Below, piece after piece: positions 8,719 to 19,298 of a stretch of 64,000 nucleotides of DNA; the stretch's first letter is position 1; each line of letters begins with the position of its first letter. The DNA comes from Candidatus Sumerlaeales bacterium (GTDB taxonomy: Bacteria > Sumerlaeota > Sumerlaeia > Sumerlaeales > Sumerlaeaceae). The notes below the pieces were generated by a model. The model saw only the letters and a program-made list of their open reading frames with translations, searched no databases and was not told the DNA's origin. The position numbers were made by a program, and so were the translations under genes. The stretch is taken from NCBI GenBank assembly GCA_038243585.1, contig JBBSQY010000010.1, positions 19,802 through 83,801 of the forward strand, in the 5' to 3' direction.

Positions 8719-9228
8719 TTGAATTCTAACTTTACAGATCCCGCCGAACTTTTGGCCGTCGTAGATAAAAACGATAACGAAATCGGTTCCGAGCGCCGCG
8801 ATATAATCCACCGCGACAACCTGCTCCATCGCGCCATCCATTTGTTCGTATTTCGCCATAACGGAGAACTCCTTCTCCAACAACGCAGCGCTAAAAAAGA
8901 CCGCTACCCGCTCCACTGGGAATGCGTAGGAGGCCACCTCGGTCCCGGTGAAACTTACGACGCCTGCGCAATCCGAGAAGGCGAAGAAGAACTTGGCATT
9001 CATATAACCCAAGTCGAAAAAATCTGCAAACTACCTGCCAGCCCAGCCACCGACTACGAGTTTATTACAGTTTACCGAACAACAACAAATGCCACACCCA
9101 AGCCTAATCCCGACGAAATCATTGCCACCCAGTGGCAAAAACCAGCCCAGTGGCAAAAGGAAATTGAAGCAACCGCCCGCCAGTTCTCCCCCACCCTGCT
9201 CCACTCAATAATCAAAAGTGGATTATAA
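8719..9228 (+). CDS. NUDIX hydrolase (IPP isomerase type-1/YfcD-like)
   Basis: LHRAIHLFVF, LLQQRS..KD and the Nudix box GGHLGPGETYDACAIREGEEELGI. Confidence 0.85.
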   Translation: MNSNFTDPAELLAVVDKNDNEIGSERRDIIHRDNLLHRAIHLFVFRHNGELLLQQRSAKKDRYPLHWECVGGHLGPGETYDACAIREGEEELGIHITQVEKICKLPASPATDYEFITVYRTTTNATPKPNPDEIIATQWQKPAQWQKEIEATARQFSPTLLHSIIKSGL

Positions 9229-9280
9229 AACTAACGCTTTGCTTTTCCTTCGCGTTTTTTGCGCCTTAGCGTCAAAGTTT

Positions 9281-10711
9281 TTATACCTCCACCAACTCCC
9301 CGTCTACCTCAGGTTCCGACTCCCCCACCGCCACGCCAAACTTTTCCAGCCGGTAGCGCAGCGTTGCGCGGCTCATGCCAAGGAGTTTCGCCGCTCGGCT
9401 TTTGTTTCCGGCTGATCTGTCCAGCGCCTGCATTAACAGGTCTTTTTCATGCTCTTCCATGTTAAACCCAGCCGCCGGAATCAGGAACTTCCCACTGTTT
9501 CCTGCTTCTGCACCCATGCCTCCCCCGAACATCCCTGACCCGGTTACGAACGCAAGATCATCCTTTGTCAGCATGTCACCCTGAAGCAGAATCACCGCTC
9601 GCTCGATGGTGTTTTGCAGTTCCCGCACGTTTCCCTGCCAGCTGTTCGCCATCAGTAAGGTCTCGGCATCTTTAGCAATATCCGCGGGACGCCGTCCCAT
9701 CTCTCCGCAGAACTTCTTAAGGAAAAACCGCGCAAGCGGGATAATATCTTCGTGCCTGTCCCGCAGCGGAGGCAGATGAATTGGAAATACGTTTATCCGG
9801 AAAAACAGATCCTCTCGAAAGGTTCCCGCCCTCACCGCCCCACGCAAATCTTTATTTGTCGCGGCAATAAACCGCACGTCTGTCTTGATCGTCCGGTTGC
9901 CACCCACTCGCTGAAACTCCTGCTGCTCAATGGCCCGTAGCAGCTTCGCCTGCACGGAAATGTTCATTTCGCCGATTTCGTCCAGGAAAAGTGACCCGCC
10001 GTCCGCCTGTTCAAACTTGCCAATCTTCCGGTCTGTCGCACCCGTAAACGATCCCTTTTCGTGGCCAAAGAGTTCGCTCTCAAGCAGATTATCAGGAATC
10101 GCGGCGCAGTTTATCGCCACGAATGGCTTATGCTTGCGCCCTCCGCTGTCATGGATCGCCCGCGTAATCAACTCCTTGCCGGTCCCACTCTCGCCGTACA
10201 CCAGCACGTTTGCATTGCTGTTTGCCACCGCCCTCACGCAATCCAGCACCCGCTTCATGCTCGGCGCTTCCGCCACCATCCGGCCCACGTTCAGTTTTTC
10301 TGCCACGAGTTGACGCAGATTCCGGTTCTCGTCCATAATCCGGCCAAAACTCAGCGCCCGCTCGATGGAAACGTTCAACTTCGTCTCTTCGAACGGTTTC
10401 GTCACATAATCGATGGCTCCCGCCTGCATCGCCTCGACCGCGTTTTCAATGGAACCGAACGCAGTGATAACAATTACCGGCGTACATGGTGAATGCTCCT
10501 TGATCTTTTTTAACAGTGTCAGTCCGTCCATGTTCGGCATCCGCAAATCGGTAATAACGGCGTCGAAATGCCCCGCCTGAAAATGCTCCCAAGCCTCGGC
10601 ACCATCCGGCGCCAGCGTCAGGTCATATCCCTGCGTGCTGAGCAGCATTTGCAGCAAACGCCGCAAGCGCTCCTCATCTTCAGCTATTAATATTCGTGCC
10701 TCTTGCGCCAT
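9281..10711 (-). CDS. sigma-54-dependent response regulator (NtrC/AtoC family)
   Basis: Receiver DLRMP, GESGTGKE, ESELFGHEKGSFTGA and a Fis-type HTH. Confidence 0.95.
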   Translation of the reverse strand: MAQEARILIAEDEERLRRLLQMLLSTQGYDLTLAPDGAEAWEHFQAGHFDAVITDLRMPNMDGLTLLKKIKEHSPCTPVIVITAFGSIENAVEAMQAGAIDYVTKPFEETKLNVSIERALSFGRIMDENRNLRQLVAEKLNVGRMVAEAPSMKRVLDCVRAVANSNANVLVYGESGTGKELITRAIHDSGGRKHKPFVAINCAAIPDNLLESELFGHEKGSFTGATDRKIGKFEQADGGSLFLDEIGEMNISVQAKLLRAIEQQEFQRVGGNRTIKTDVRFIAATNKDLRGAVRAGTFREDLFFRINVFPIHLPPLRDRHEDIIPLARFFLKKFCGEMGRRPADIAKDAETLLMANSWQGNVRELQNTIERAVILLQGDMLTKDDLAFVTGSGMFGGGMGAEAGNSGKFLIPAAGFNMEEHEKDLLMQALDRSAGNKSRAAKLLGMSRATLRYRLEKFGVAVGESEPEVDGELVEV

Positions 10712-10713
10712 AG

Positions 10714-11913
10714 CTATTTCCCTTCCGTGACAGGCAAAAGTATTTCTATAACCACGCCGGGTTTATCCTCGTTGTTGCACGCGCTGATCTTTCCACGATG
10801 GCTTGTGATGATCTGATGCACGATGGAAAGCCCGAGACCGGTGCCTGCGGACTTGGTCGTAAAAAAAGGATCGAAAATTTTGTCTATGTCCTCCTGACGA
10901 ATGCCCTGTCCGTTATCCATGAACCGGATGCGAATACATTTGTCTGCGACATCCGCCCGAATAGCCAACACTCCTCCACGGGGACAGGCGTGTTCAGCAT
11001 TGATGATCAGATTGAGAAAAACCTGGTGCAGCAGGTCTGGGTCAGCCTGGGTGAAAGGCAGGTGCGAACACATTGGAGGCTGCACGTGAAATTGCTTGTT
11101 ACGGGCTGCACCCTGATAACTGTTGGCCACTTTGCGGATGATATCGCCCACGTCCACAGCTTCTCGCATGAGCGGCTTTGGTCGGGCAAACGCCAGAAAG
11201 TATTTCATCCGCTCGTCAAGACGACGCACTTCATCTTTAATGTAGCTTGCGGCCTCTCGACGCTGCTCTTCGGGGCGCTTTTCGTTCAGCACAATTTCTA
11301 CGCTGGACATTAGAATACCTAGCGGATTTTTGATCTCATGTGCAATTCCGCTTACCAGAGAACCCAGCATCACAAGGTTCCGATTCTCGATCAGCTCATC
11401 TTCCAGCCGTTTCCGCTCCTCGTTGTCGCGAATCGCGTCCAAATCCGGGTCAGAAAGCGTAACCGCGAAAACAGGTGGCATACCTCCACATGTACATTCA
11501 TCATATCTTAAGCTAGTGATGCGGACGTGGGTTCGCTTGCCCAGATGATTCAGGAAAAACTTTGCTGGTTCAGGGCTATTCGAAGTCGAGAGCTCAGCAA
11601 AAATTTCTCGAACCTTAATAAAGTTTACATCCGGAAATGTCTCAGTCACAAATGTTTCAAGTTCAATGATGCCGTCAGAATCGCAGTTGCTGTAACGTGC
11701 CCGAGCTTCCGGATTGGCATATAGGACAGTTAAATTGGGAGAAGAGACTAGCAGGGTCGAGTCAGAAAGACCTGCCACAAAACTCAGCAGATCAGGCGAT
11801 ACCTGATTTTCCACAGTCTTCGCGCCGTGGTTGCCGGTGCCGGTTACCATACAATTTCCCTCAAAAGTTCGGTGTATATTTTTACCATTCCAAACATGGC
11901 TTAATTCAGCCAC
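10714..11913 (-). CDS. sensor histidine kinase (cytoplasmic, PAS-like N-terminus); start uncertain
   Basis: AHEIKNPL H-box, NLIINA, DNGQGI, FFTTKSAGTGLGL; abuts the response regulator. Confidence 0.92.
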   Translation of the reverse strand: MAELSHVWNGKNIHRTFEGNCMVTGTGNHGAKTVENQVSPDLLSFVAGLSDSTLLVSSPNLTVLYANPEARARYSNCDSDGIIELETFVTETFPDVNFIKVREIFAELSTSNSPEPAKFFLNHLGKRTHVRITSLRYDECTCGGMPPVFAVTLSDPDLDAIRDNEERKRLEDELIENRNLVMLGSLVSGIAHEIKNPLGILMSSVEIVLNEKRPEEQRREAASYIKDEVRRLDERMKYFLAFARPKPLMREAVDVGDIIRKVANSYQGAARNKQFHVQPPMCSHLPFTQADPDLLHQVFLNLIINAEHACPRGGVLAIRADVADKCIRIRFMDNGQGIRQEDIDKIFDPFFTTKSAGTGLGLSIVHQIITSHRGKISACNNEDKPGVVIEILLPVTEGK

Positions 11914-12093
11914 ACAGCCTTACCGATGTGTATCCTTTTAACCCATCAGCGCAGTATTCCCGGCAAGATCTGCTATGGATCAAATTGATGACATCAGCGC
12001 CCTGAATCATCGAAAGTAACATCTTCCCCACCTCTACCTCGTTCAATAAATTTTCCGATTGACCCTGCAGTCGCCGCACGTAAGCAGATACTT

Positions 12094-12870
12094 ATGACAA
12101 GCGTAATAATCAGCGGCCCGTTTGGGCGTATGGGTCAGGCTCTATGCCGCCTCGCGCGCGAACATAGTGACATGAACCTACTAGGCGGGTTAACCGCGTC
12201 AGAAGCAAGTCCGAGCGCCACGGCTATCCATGATTTGGCTCTGTATATAAATATGGCCAGCATTCCGGTCCATCAGCGCCCGTATGTGGTTATTGATTTT
12301 ACGGAACCCGGCGCGACTCTATCCCGTCTTAAAGAGGCCGTAGAGTTCAATATCCCCGTCGTCATCGGCACGACCGGATTCTCATCCGATCAGTTAACAG
12401 AAATTAGCGAACTCAGCTGTAAAATTCCCATCCTACTCTCAGCCAATATGAGCCTCGGGATTAACCTGCTCCTCGATATGGTGGAGAACCTGGCTGGCCG
12501 CCTGACCGAATATGACATAGAAATAACAGAAACCCACCATCGCCTGAAAAAGGACGCCCCCAGCGGCACTGCGCTGGCCTTGGCCGGAGCCGCCGCCGCT
12601 GGTCGTAACGCCAGCCTCAACGACATTGCTGTCCACGGACGCACCGGTCTTACGGGCACGCGTCCACCCGGAGAAATAGGAATTCACGCCATACGTGGCG
12701 GCGACGTTGTTGGTGACCACACCGTGCTGTTCGCCGGGTTGGGCGAGAGGATCGAACTAACTCACAAAGCAAGCAGCCGAGACACCTTCGCCAACGGTGC
12801 CCTCTTTGCTGCCCGCTTCCTAGCTACCCAGTCCCCCGGTCTGTATACCATGAAAGACGCCTTAGCTTAA
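12094..12870 (+). CDS. dapB: 4-hydroxy-tetrahydrodipicolinate reductase
   Basis: GRMG, IDFT, VIGTTG, ETHHRLKKDAPSGTA, RGGDVVGDH. Confidence 0.96.
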   Translation: MTSVIISGPFGRMGQALCRLAREHSDMNLLGGLTASEASPSATAIHDLALYINMASIPVHQRPYVVIDFTEPGATLSRLKEAVEFNIPVVIGTTGFSSDQLTEISELSCKIPILLSANMSLGINLLLDMVENLAGRLTEYDIEITETHHRLKKDAPSGTALALAGAAAAGRNASLNDIAVHGRTGLTGTRPPGEIGIHAIRGGDVVGDHTVLFAGLGERIELTHKASSRDTFANGALFAARFLATQSPGLYTMKDALA

Positions 12871-12874
12871 ATCT

Positions 12875-12914
12875 AAAGTCAGAAACGGATTTTCCTTTTC
12901 TGACTTTTGCTTTT
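12875..12914. terminator. bidirectional terminator-like hairpin between convergent genes
   Basis: AAAGTCAGAAA/TTTCTGACTTT inverted repeat with T-rich flank. Confidence 0.55.
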
Positions 12915-12943
12915 CGCAGTGATATCGTGCCATTCTGTTAAAC

Positions 12944-15052
12944 TTACTTCCGCTCCACCTTTAGCTTCGTGCCCGCCGTCCCGCTCACTTCATACGTTGT
13001 CGCCACATCCGCATCCACAACGAAATTCCCACGAACTGGGTCAAAATACTCTCCGTCTACCGTATCTTGAATCAGACTTATAACGCGGCCTGGCAGCTTC
13101 GGCATTTCGCTGCCACTCACTGATACCCCGGTATCCTGATCGACCAGAGATATATAAACCCTGTTCTCTGCAAAGTTCTCGCGGACCTTCCGCAACACAT
13201 CGCCGAAATTGAGCAGCTTCTCTCCACCAGGATTTCGCTTTGCCTCGACCGACTGCCGTGCTGCCGCGTCACTAATAACAATGTCATACTCGCCGTCCGG
13301 CAGGCCCACCGGTATATCAAACGAGTAAGTCATCCGAACCGGCTCCTGTCGAAACGGACGCAGCAACCACTCAACGGTCGCCCTCTCTCCTGGCCGGTAG
13401 ACATCTTTTTCCATAATTGATGACTCAATCTTTGCCTGACGAAGCCGATCCATCACGCGCATCTCAAAAGAAAATTCTTCTACTCCGACAGGCTTGAACG
13501 GGTTATTCATTAAAATACCCGTATCGGCCATAGCTCCGAAAACGGCCATTAAGGTTCCGTTTGCGTCAGAGCTATAGTTTTCAGCTGACACGGTCGTGCC
13601 GTCATCCAGTTTTATAGAGTAAGAATAAAGCGCGGCGGAATCTCCACCCGTCCGCGCAGCGGTTCCAATGCTCTCCAGTAACGTGGTTAAAACCAGCCCA
13701 GGCGACATTCCCCGATCATTCCACACCCGATAATTAAACTCCCGCTTTCCCTGATAGTGCGGGTCGCTAATAGTCGCAATCACCGGAAACATCTTTGCCG
13801 TCTGCCCAAATAATCCGCCAATGGCCGGCAGACGATCTTCGCGAACCATGCCAATTTGGCCTACCGACTCTCCCAGCTTGAAAGGTTTTGTTCGGCTTCT
13901 GACAATATCGGTAATGCGTGCAGCTGCCATGGGACAGTATACGGTTCCGTTTTGGAACATAGGGTGTCCAAAAGCGATCAACCGATTACCGTTACGCCAA
14001 GTCACCGTCCCCACTCCGGCCATGTTCATATCTCCTTCCACAAACGGAATGGCCAGGCTGGACCCGCCAACAATGGAATCAGAGAGTTCCTGAAGATTTT
14101 CAACAGGCCCGCCGGGAGCATTTCTCGCCAGAGTTGACGGTATAACGAAATCGGTCGCGGTCATTGCCTGCGCCTCCTGCCCGGTGGATACCACGTTAAG
14201 GCTCGGAAAAACCGAAGCGGCCAGCTGCGACGTCAACGAATGCTGGGAACTGATATATGCCGGAGCCGAAAGCGGCACTAATGTAAAAGAATCCGGCAGG
14301 TTATACTGCTGCGCAATCCCGGATTCGAAGTCCGACCTGCGGACCTGCAACGGCTGAACACTTTGCCCCGGCATTGCCACCCGCTTTAAATTCTCCATGG
14401 ATGGATCCAGTTTGAGTGCCATAAAATTATCAAAGGATCCGAAGCCTCCACCCGCTACAGAATCGTCCGGTTCCTGTGCCGGGATTACAGGCGTGCTGTT
14501 GTAGACACCCAACATCGCCTCTATGGGCGTCACCCCCGCCAGCGGATCGTCCACATCAGTAAAGCCGTATGCCACGGCACCGATTAACTTACCATCCATA
14601 TACACCGGGCTACCGCTCATGCCGGCTACAACGCCAATGCCGACCAGATGTGGGGATGTCAGGCGGCACATGATGATGTCCGTTCCCGCCAGCATTCGAT
14701 GTCTCACGCCGATAACTTCCGCTTCAAAACGCTCTGGCTCAAATCCGCTAAATACCGACATGCCGTAGCCCTTCATGCCGGGTCTGATGTCGGAAATGCG
14801 CATCATGGTTGCCTCATCGAAAGGCGTGGCCGAAACACTACCGGTTGTTTCTGGATATGTTATGGGCAAGCTTTCGGAGCTTAGCCCAGTGTCGCGATAC
14901 GAAAAATCCGGGTCAGGTGTCCGCGCATCCCTCACCACCGCAGTGGTTGCGATGTCATGGGCCTCACCTTCCACGGGTATTGTTTGCGCAACAACGCCAT
15001 TAACACCTGAAAATATAACCAAAGGCAAAACAAAATACCAGACCAAATTCAT
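12944..15052 (-). CDS. SpoIVB peptidase S55 domain protein, secreted
   Basis: IRPGMKGYG, GVVAGMSGSPVY.DGKLIGAVAY, AFGHPM; signal peptide. Confidence 0.85.
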   Translation of the reverse strand: MNLVWYFVLPLVIFSGVNGVVAQTIPVEGEAHDIATTAVVRDARTPDPDFSYRDTGLSSESLPITYPETTGSVSATPFDEATMMRISDIRPGMKGYGMSVFSGFEPERFEAEVIGVRHRMLAGTDIIMCRLTSPHLVGIGVVAGMSGSPVYMDGKLIGAVAYGFTDVDDPLAGVTPIEAMLGVYNSTPVIPAQEPDDSVAGGGFGSFDNFMALKLDPSMENLKRVAMPGQSVQPLQVRRSDFESGIAQQYNLPDSFTLVPLSAPAYISSQHSLTSQLAASVFPSLNVVSTGQEAQAMTATDFVIPSTLARNAPGGPVENLQELSDSIVGGSSLAIPFVEGDMNMAGVGTVTWRNGNRLIAFGHPMFQNGTVYCPMAAARITDIVRSRTKPFKLGESVGQIGMVREDRLPAIGGLFGQTAKMFPVIATISDPHYQGKREFNYRVWNDRGMSPGLVLTTLLESIGTAARTGGDSAALYSYSIKLDDGTTVSAENYSSDANGTLMAVFGAMADTGILMNNPFKPVGVEEFSFEMRVMDRLRQAKIESSIMEKDVYRPGERATVEWLLRPFRQEPVRMTYSFDIPVGLPDGEYDIVISDAAARQSVEAKRNPGGEKLLNFGDVLRKVRENFAENRVYISLVDQDTGVSVSGSEMPKLPGRVISLIQDTVDGEYFDPVRGNFVVDADVATTYEVSGTAGTKLKVERK

Positions 15053-15259
15053 AGAAAACCTTTCGGAAGGCAGTAACTTTCTCTGCCTCTTACGTCCCTT
15101 TGCATGTTTGCTTTTTGTAATATCTAATCTTTAGGCTTGCTTCCCATTAAACTTAACGCGCTCATCCAAACCTTATGGACTGGAAACCGCTCACTAGTGG
15201 CGACCGCGTCCACCGGATATAACAAACCCTATTTGATACGTAGATTGCTCCTTTTGTTC

Positions 15260-15988
15260 ATGCTGATGACTCAGAATCGAAAAACGTTTAATAAGCAGTG
15301 TCTTAATGCTCTGGCTGCTCTGGCGATTGTTTCATTTTCTGCCTGCGCGACGCAGAGAAAACCTGTCCCTGCGACGGACCTGCATGGTCATCAACGCGCC
15401 CGATTTGACATACCTGAAAATCGCCCTGCTCCCTCAACCGTTCCCTATGGGAAAACGGACTGGACCGCCGTAACAACCGCTCTCGGTGGCGCCGGCAAAA
15501 AAGCAGCGGATCTCACTCTTCAGGCTGGCGGGTACGGTAAAGCGGCGTGGGCCGGCACCGGCGGAAAAATCGTTGATCTCGCAGCTGGTAAGATTGTAAC
15601 AGACCGACCCGGTGTCAGCAGCACTTGCGGATACGCCTGGCCTACAAATGGAAAAATCTCCCGCGGTTTCCGTCCGTCGGACAATCATAAAGGCCTGGAC
15701 ATTACGAACGAAATTGGAACCCCGATTTTCGCGGCTCGTGCCGGTAAAGTGATCTATGCCAGCAACGAGCTTTCCGGATTTGGCAACTGCATCATCATAC
15801 AGCATGATCCAATTTGGACGACCTTCTATGCCCACAATGATCAGAATCTGGTGCAACCCGGAGACGTCGTTCAGTGTGGGCAACTTATCGCAGAGCTTGG
15901 CCAGACTGGACGCGCAAGCGGTCCGCATCTGCATTTCGAGATCCGGCAAGACGGAACTCCGCTTGATCCTCACCCGATGCTACCATAA
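15260..15988 (+). CDS. M23 family metallopeptidase lipoprotein (NlpD-like)
   Basis: Lipobox FSAC, WPTNGKISRGF, HKGLDI, YAHN, GPHLHFEIR. Start placed at ATG 15260 (or 15266), not 15137. Confidence 0.88.
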   Translation: MLMTQNRKTFNKQCLNALAALAIVSFSACATQRKPVPATDLHGHQRARFDIPENRPAPSTVPYGKTDWTAVTTALGGAGKKAADLTLQAGGYGKAAWAGTGGKIVDLAAGKIVTDRPGVSSTCGYAWPTNGKISRGFRPSDNHKGLDITNEIGTPIFAARAGKVIYASNELSGFGNCIIIQHDPIWTTFYAHNDQNLVQPGDVVQCGQLIAELGQTGRASGPHLHFEIRQDGTPLDPHPMLP

Positions 15989-16112
15989 TTTAAATGACTG
16001 CTAGTCTTGTTCGTGGATCCAACAGATTACTCCAATTCTTACAAATCATAAGCGGTGTGCGACATTCCTGAAAAACGACTATAAAAAGTCAATCCAGAGC
16101 CGAAAGACCTAA

Positions 16113-17633
16113 TCAGGAATCCGCAGGCTCCACCCATATTTCAGCAATGGCAAGACCGACGTCTCGCCCATCGCTGCGGGCAGGCTGAGCATTCAGCAGG
16201 CCCGGCTGCATAATACAAAGCTCTACAACTGGGGATTTGATTTTTTCAAGGGGCAAACTGATCTTTTGCCATCCATCATATGCCAACAGAAGTGGATACT
16301 CAGTGCCGTTCAAGAAAAACTTGGGTGAAGGTGTGTGAGTTTTCGCCGCGGTGGCATTATAAGAGATGGACAGCCTTGTAGAAGGGCCATTGTTTTTTAT
16401 ATAAAACACCGCAGCGGTCAGGAGATAGCGGGCAGTCGTTCCTTCTACAGTCTCAGCGCCACGTACACCTCGAACTACCATTCGATTTATAGCGTTGGCT
16501 GTAAGATCAAGATGGGTGGTGTGATGCCGGGCCGGCAGATAATCCCTAACGGCGGCAGCGGCATTGGAGGGGGCATCGGGAAGAGATACAAGTAAATCGG
16601 ACATAGGAATTGCTGGGACATCGGTCGGAATTATTGCAGGTTTTAGTTGGCGTTTTACGCCGCTCTTTATCGCATAAAGATTCATACATCCTGCGGTGAA
16701 ATCCAAAAGACGCGCAATTCTTCCTTTTACAAGCCGAGTGCTGAGCCGACGATTAAGATCAAATCCAATTTTCAGGCGCTGTTGTAAACGGTTGATGCGG
16801 TGTCCAAAACAAATGAAATAGCATTGGACCTGAATGTCGTGAAAACCGGCTGCCCGCAGTGCTTTATGATACCGCCGGAAATACGGACGTGTCTCATGCA
16901 TTCCCTCTTCATAATCAAGATCCCCCTGCTGATACTCTGCAGGGTCATCAATAATACTGGCCAACGGCTCTGAAATGAGTAAAAGTTGACCGTTTGGACG
17001 AAGAACCCGACTTGCTTCCCTCATAAACTGGTTCAGATCAAACAAATGATGCGCTACCGCGCGCAAAACGACGCAATCAAATGAACTATCGGGAAACGGA
17101 ATATTATCACCGTCCGCAATTGCACGATGAAACGCAGGGTCTGGGATTGGTTGTCCGGTAAGGCGCTCGCTGAAACTAAGATCAGTTGGGAGATTAAACG
17201 TCATCCAGCGAACATCATAGTGCAGATCATACATGTTTAGGTCTATTGCATATACATCCGCCCCAAGCTCCGTTAACTTATGGGCGACTTCACCACATCC
17301 TGCGCCCACGTCGAGTATTTTCGGATTTTTGGAAAAATCAATTCGGCTACAGGCCTGGTCAAAATAGGTGACCAAATTTTCAAATATAACTGCGCTCGTA
17401 TCCTCATGCGGGGCTAGACGGTCTCGCTCAATAGCACCGGACTTAACCTTACGGCAGAAATCGCGGTAGAGCAAAACTTCCCTTAACTTAAGATACCAAT
17501 CTTGTCCATATGCGACAAGGTAGGGCACACCGTCACGGACGGGATAAGTTAATTTGCAAGCAGCACAATATAAGGCAGCGTCGCCCGATTCAAGCTCGCC
17601 GGTGCACCGGGGGCATACATAAGGCAGGGTCAT
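16113..17633 (-). CDS. class I SAM-dependent methyltransferase with N-terminal Trm112-like zinc-ribbon and C-terminal beta-rich domain
   Basis: CPRC..L.CAAC..YPVRDGVP, ILDVGAGCG, PFPDSSFD, RVLRPNG. Confidence 0.8.
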   Translation of the reverse strand: MTLPYVCPRCTGELESGDAALYCAACKLTYPVRDGVPYLVAYGQDWYLKLREVLLYRDFCRKVKSGAIERDRLAPHEDTSAVIFENLVTYFDQACSRIDFSKNPKILDVGAGCGEVAHKLTELGADVYAIDLNMYDLHYDVRWMTFNLPTDLSFSERLTGQPIPDPAFHRAIADGDNIPFPDSSFDCVVLRAVAHHLFDLNQFMREASRVLRPNGQLLLISEPLASIIDDPAEYQQGDLDYEEGMHETRPYFRRYHKALRAAGFHDIQVQCYFICFGHRINRLQQRLKIGFDLNRRLSTRLVKGRIARLLDFTAGCMNLYAIKSGVKRQLKPAIIPTDVPAIPMSDLLVSLPDAPSNAAAAVRDYLPARHHTTHLDLTANAINRMVVRGVRGAETVEGTTARYLLTAAVFYIKNNGPSTRLSISYNATAAKTHTPSPKFFLNGTEYPLLLAYDGWQKISLPLEKIKSPVVELCIMQPGLLNAQPARSDGRDVGLAIAEIWVEPADS

Positions 17634-17893
17634 GTTCGCATTGTATTGCAGTTATCGTTTTAAAATTCCCACAGCACTTCCCTTCTTTGGCGTTCGGGTT
17701 GGATATTACCCGACCGGAGAAAATCCAAATGCTTATCCCTAATCTTGGAAACCGTTGAAATCCCGCTCTTCTAGCGACCGCGTCAGCTGTAAAGTAACAC
17801 GAAGACAATTCCTCCCGTGCCCGGCATACGATGCTAATGATTTATGTATGACGATTGTAACATTCTTTAACTCGTTATGTAGCACCAATTCTC

Positions 17894-19225
17894 ATGGACC
17901 CTGCCCAAATAAGGCGCGGATGGACTCTTCCCAAGTCTTTAAGCGCCCTACAATATCCCAATTACCGGCTGTTTATCAGCGGGCAAATCGTTTCTCTTAC
18001 CGGTGCCTGGATACAAAACACTGCCCTTAGCTGGCTCGTATATAACTTATTAACCCAAAGCAGCTTTTATCTAGGTCTACTTAATTTCGCCGCCCAAATC
18101 CCGATCCTGATACTCGGATTAGTTGCGGGTGCCGTCGCCGATTCCACTAACCGCCGTCGCCTGCTAATCTGGACCGAGTCGCTGTTTATGCTGGAATCTT
18201 TTGCTCTCGCCTGGCTTACTCTCACCCACAATATCGACGGTATTCCGCTTATTACTTTCGGGTCAGCCCTCGGCCTCGCCACCTTCAGCGGAGTGCTACA
18301 CGCTTTCGACCTCCCGGCCCGGCAGGCTTTTCTGTTGGAAATGGTGCCGCGACATCAGCTTCAAAACGCGATCGCCCTCAACAGCCTCACTTTCAACTGT
18401 GCCCGCATTATCGGCCCCAGCATTGCCGGCGTTTTAATAGCGCAAATGGGACAGCTCCGCCCTAACCAGAAAGGGTTTGGCGAAGGTATGTGTTTTCTCA
18501 TCGGCGCTCTGTCTATCAGCGCAGTTCTTTATAGTCTCTTCAGGATGAACATAAAATCTGTTCCTAGCCCGCCCGTTACTGATAGCCGGTTTAAGTATCT
18601 GACAGACGGGTTTCGTTATGTGCGCCATCAGCCTCACGTCCGGGCCCTGATGCTCCATTTGATGGCGATGGCGTTTTTTGGCATTCCATATTTGATTATA
18701 ATGCCTGTCTACGCGAGAGAAGTCCTGCTCGGGTCGGCCAACGTATACGGCTCGCTCATGACCGCCGTTGGAATCGGGGCAGTGTGCGGCGGAGTTCTGA
18801 TGACTCGCAGGCGCAGCATCAAAGGTATGGGGTCGCACATGAGCAGATGCGTGTTTGGTTTCACTCTCGCACTTCTGCTTTTGTCATTCAACTCAAGCTT
18901 TGTAATTGCGCTTGGCCTTCTAGCCATCGCCGGATTTTTTATGGTCATGGCCATGATCGGCAGCCAGACCCTCGTTCAAACTCTCATTCCCGAAGATATT
19001 CGGGGCCGCGTCATGAGTATTTACACAATGATATCCGTCGGATGTCTGCCCTTGGGCAGCCTGCTTAGTGGAGCTGTAGCTGAACAGTACGGAGTTCGCT
19101 GGATGCTCGCCGGCAACGCCGTAATATGTGCTCTCTCCACCACCTACTTCACATGGCGACTGCCCGTACTGCGAAAGCACGCTATGGCCACGTCCGAATA
19201 CCGGGCTGCCATAGGCGCCGACTAA
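17894..19225 (+). CDS. MFS transporter (MFS_3/DHA3-like)
   Basis: NYRLFISGQIVSLTGAWIQ, GAVADSTNRRRLL, FDLPARQ, RGRVMSIY; about 12 hydrophobic segments. Confidence 0.9.
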   Translation: MDPAQIRRGWTLPKSLSALQYPNYRLFISGQIVSLTGAWIQNTALSWLVYNLLTQSSFYLGLLNFAAQIPILILGLVAGAVADSTNRRRLLIWTESLFMLESFALAWLTLTHNIDGIPLITFGSALGLATFSGVLHAFDLPARQAFLLEMVPRHQLQNAIALNSLTFNCARIIGPSIAGVLIAQMGQLRPNQKGFGEGMCFLIGALSISAVLYSLFRMNIKSVPSPPVTDSRFKYLTDGFRYVRHQPHVRALMLHLMAMAFFGIPYLIIMPVYAREVLLGSANVYGSLMTAVGIGAVCGGVLMTRRRSIKGMGSHMSRCVFGFTLALLLLSFNSSFVIALGLLAIAGFFMVMAMIGSQTLVQTLIPEDIRGRVMSIYTMISVGCLPLGSLLSGAVAEQYGVRWMLAGNAVICALSTTYFTWRLPVLRKHAMATSEYRAAIGAD

Positions 19226-19298
19226 CCACCTCGTAACATTACCGCAATCATGCCCCATCTCAAGCTGCGAGTTGCAGCTCAGGGTTTAGTGTATCAGG

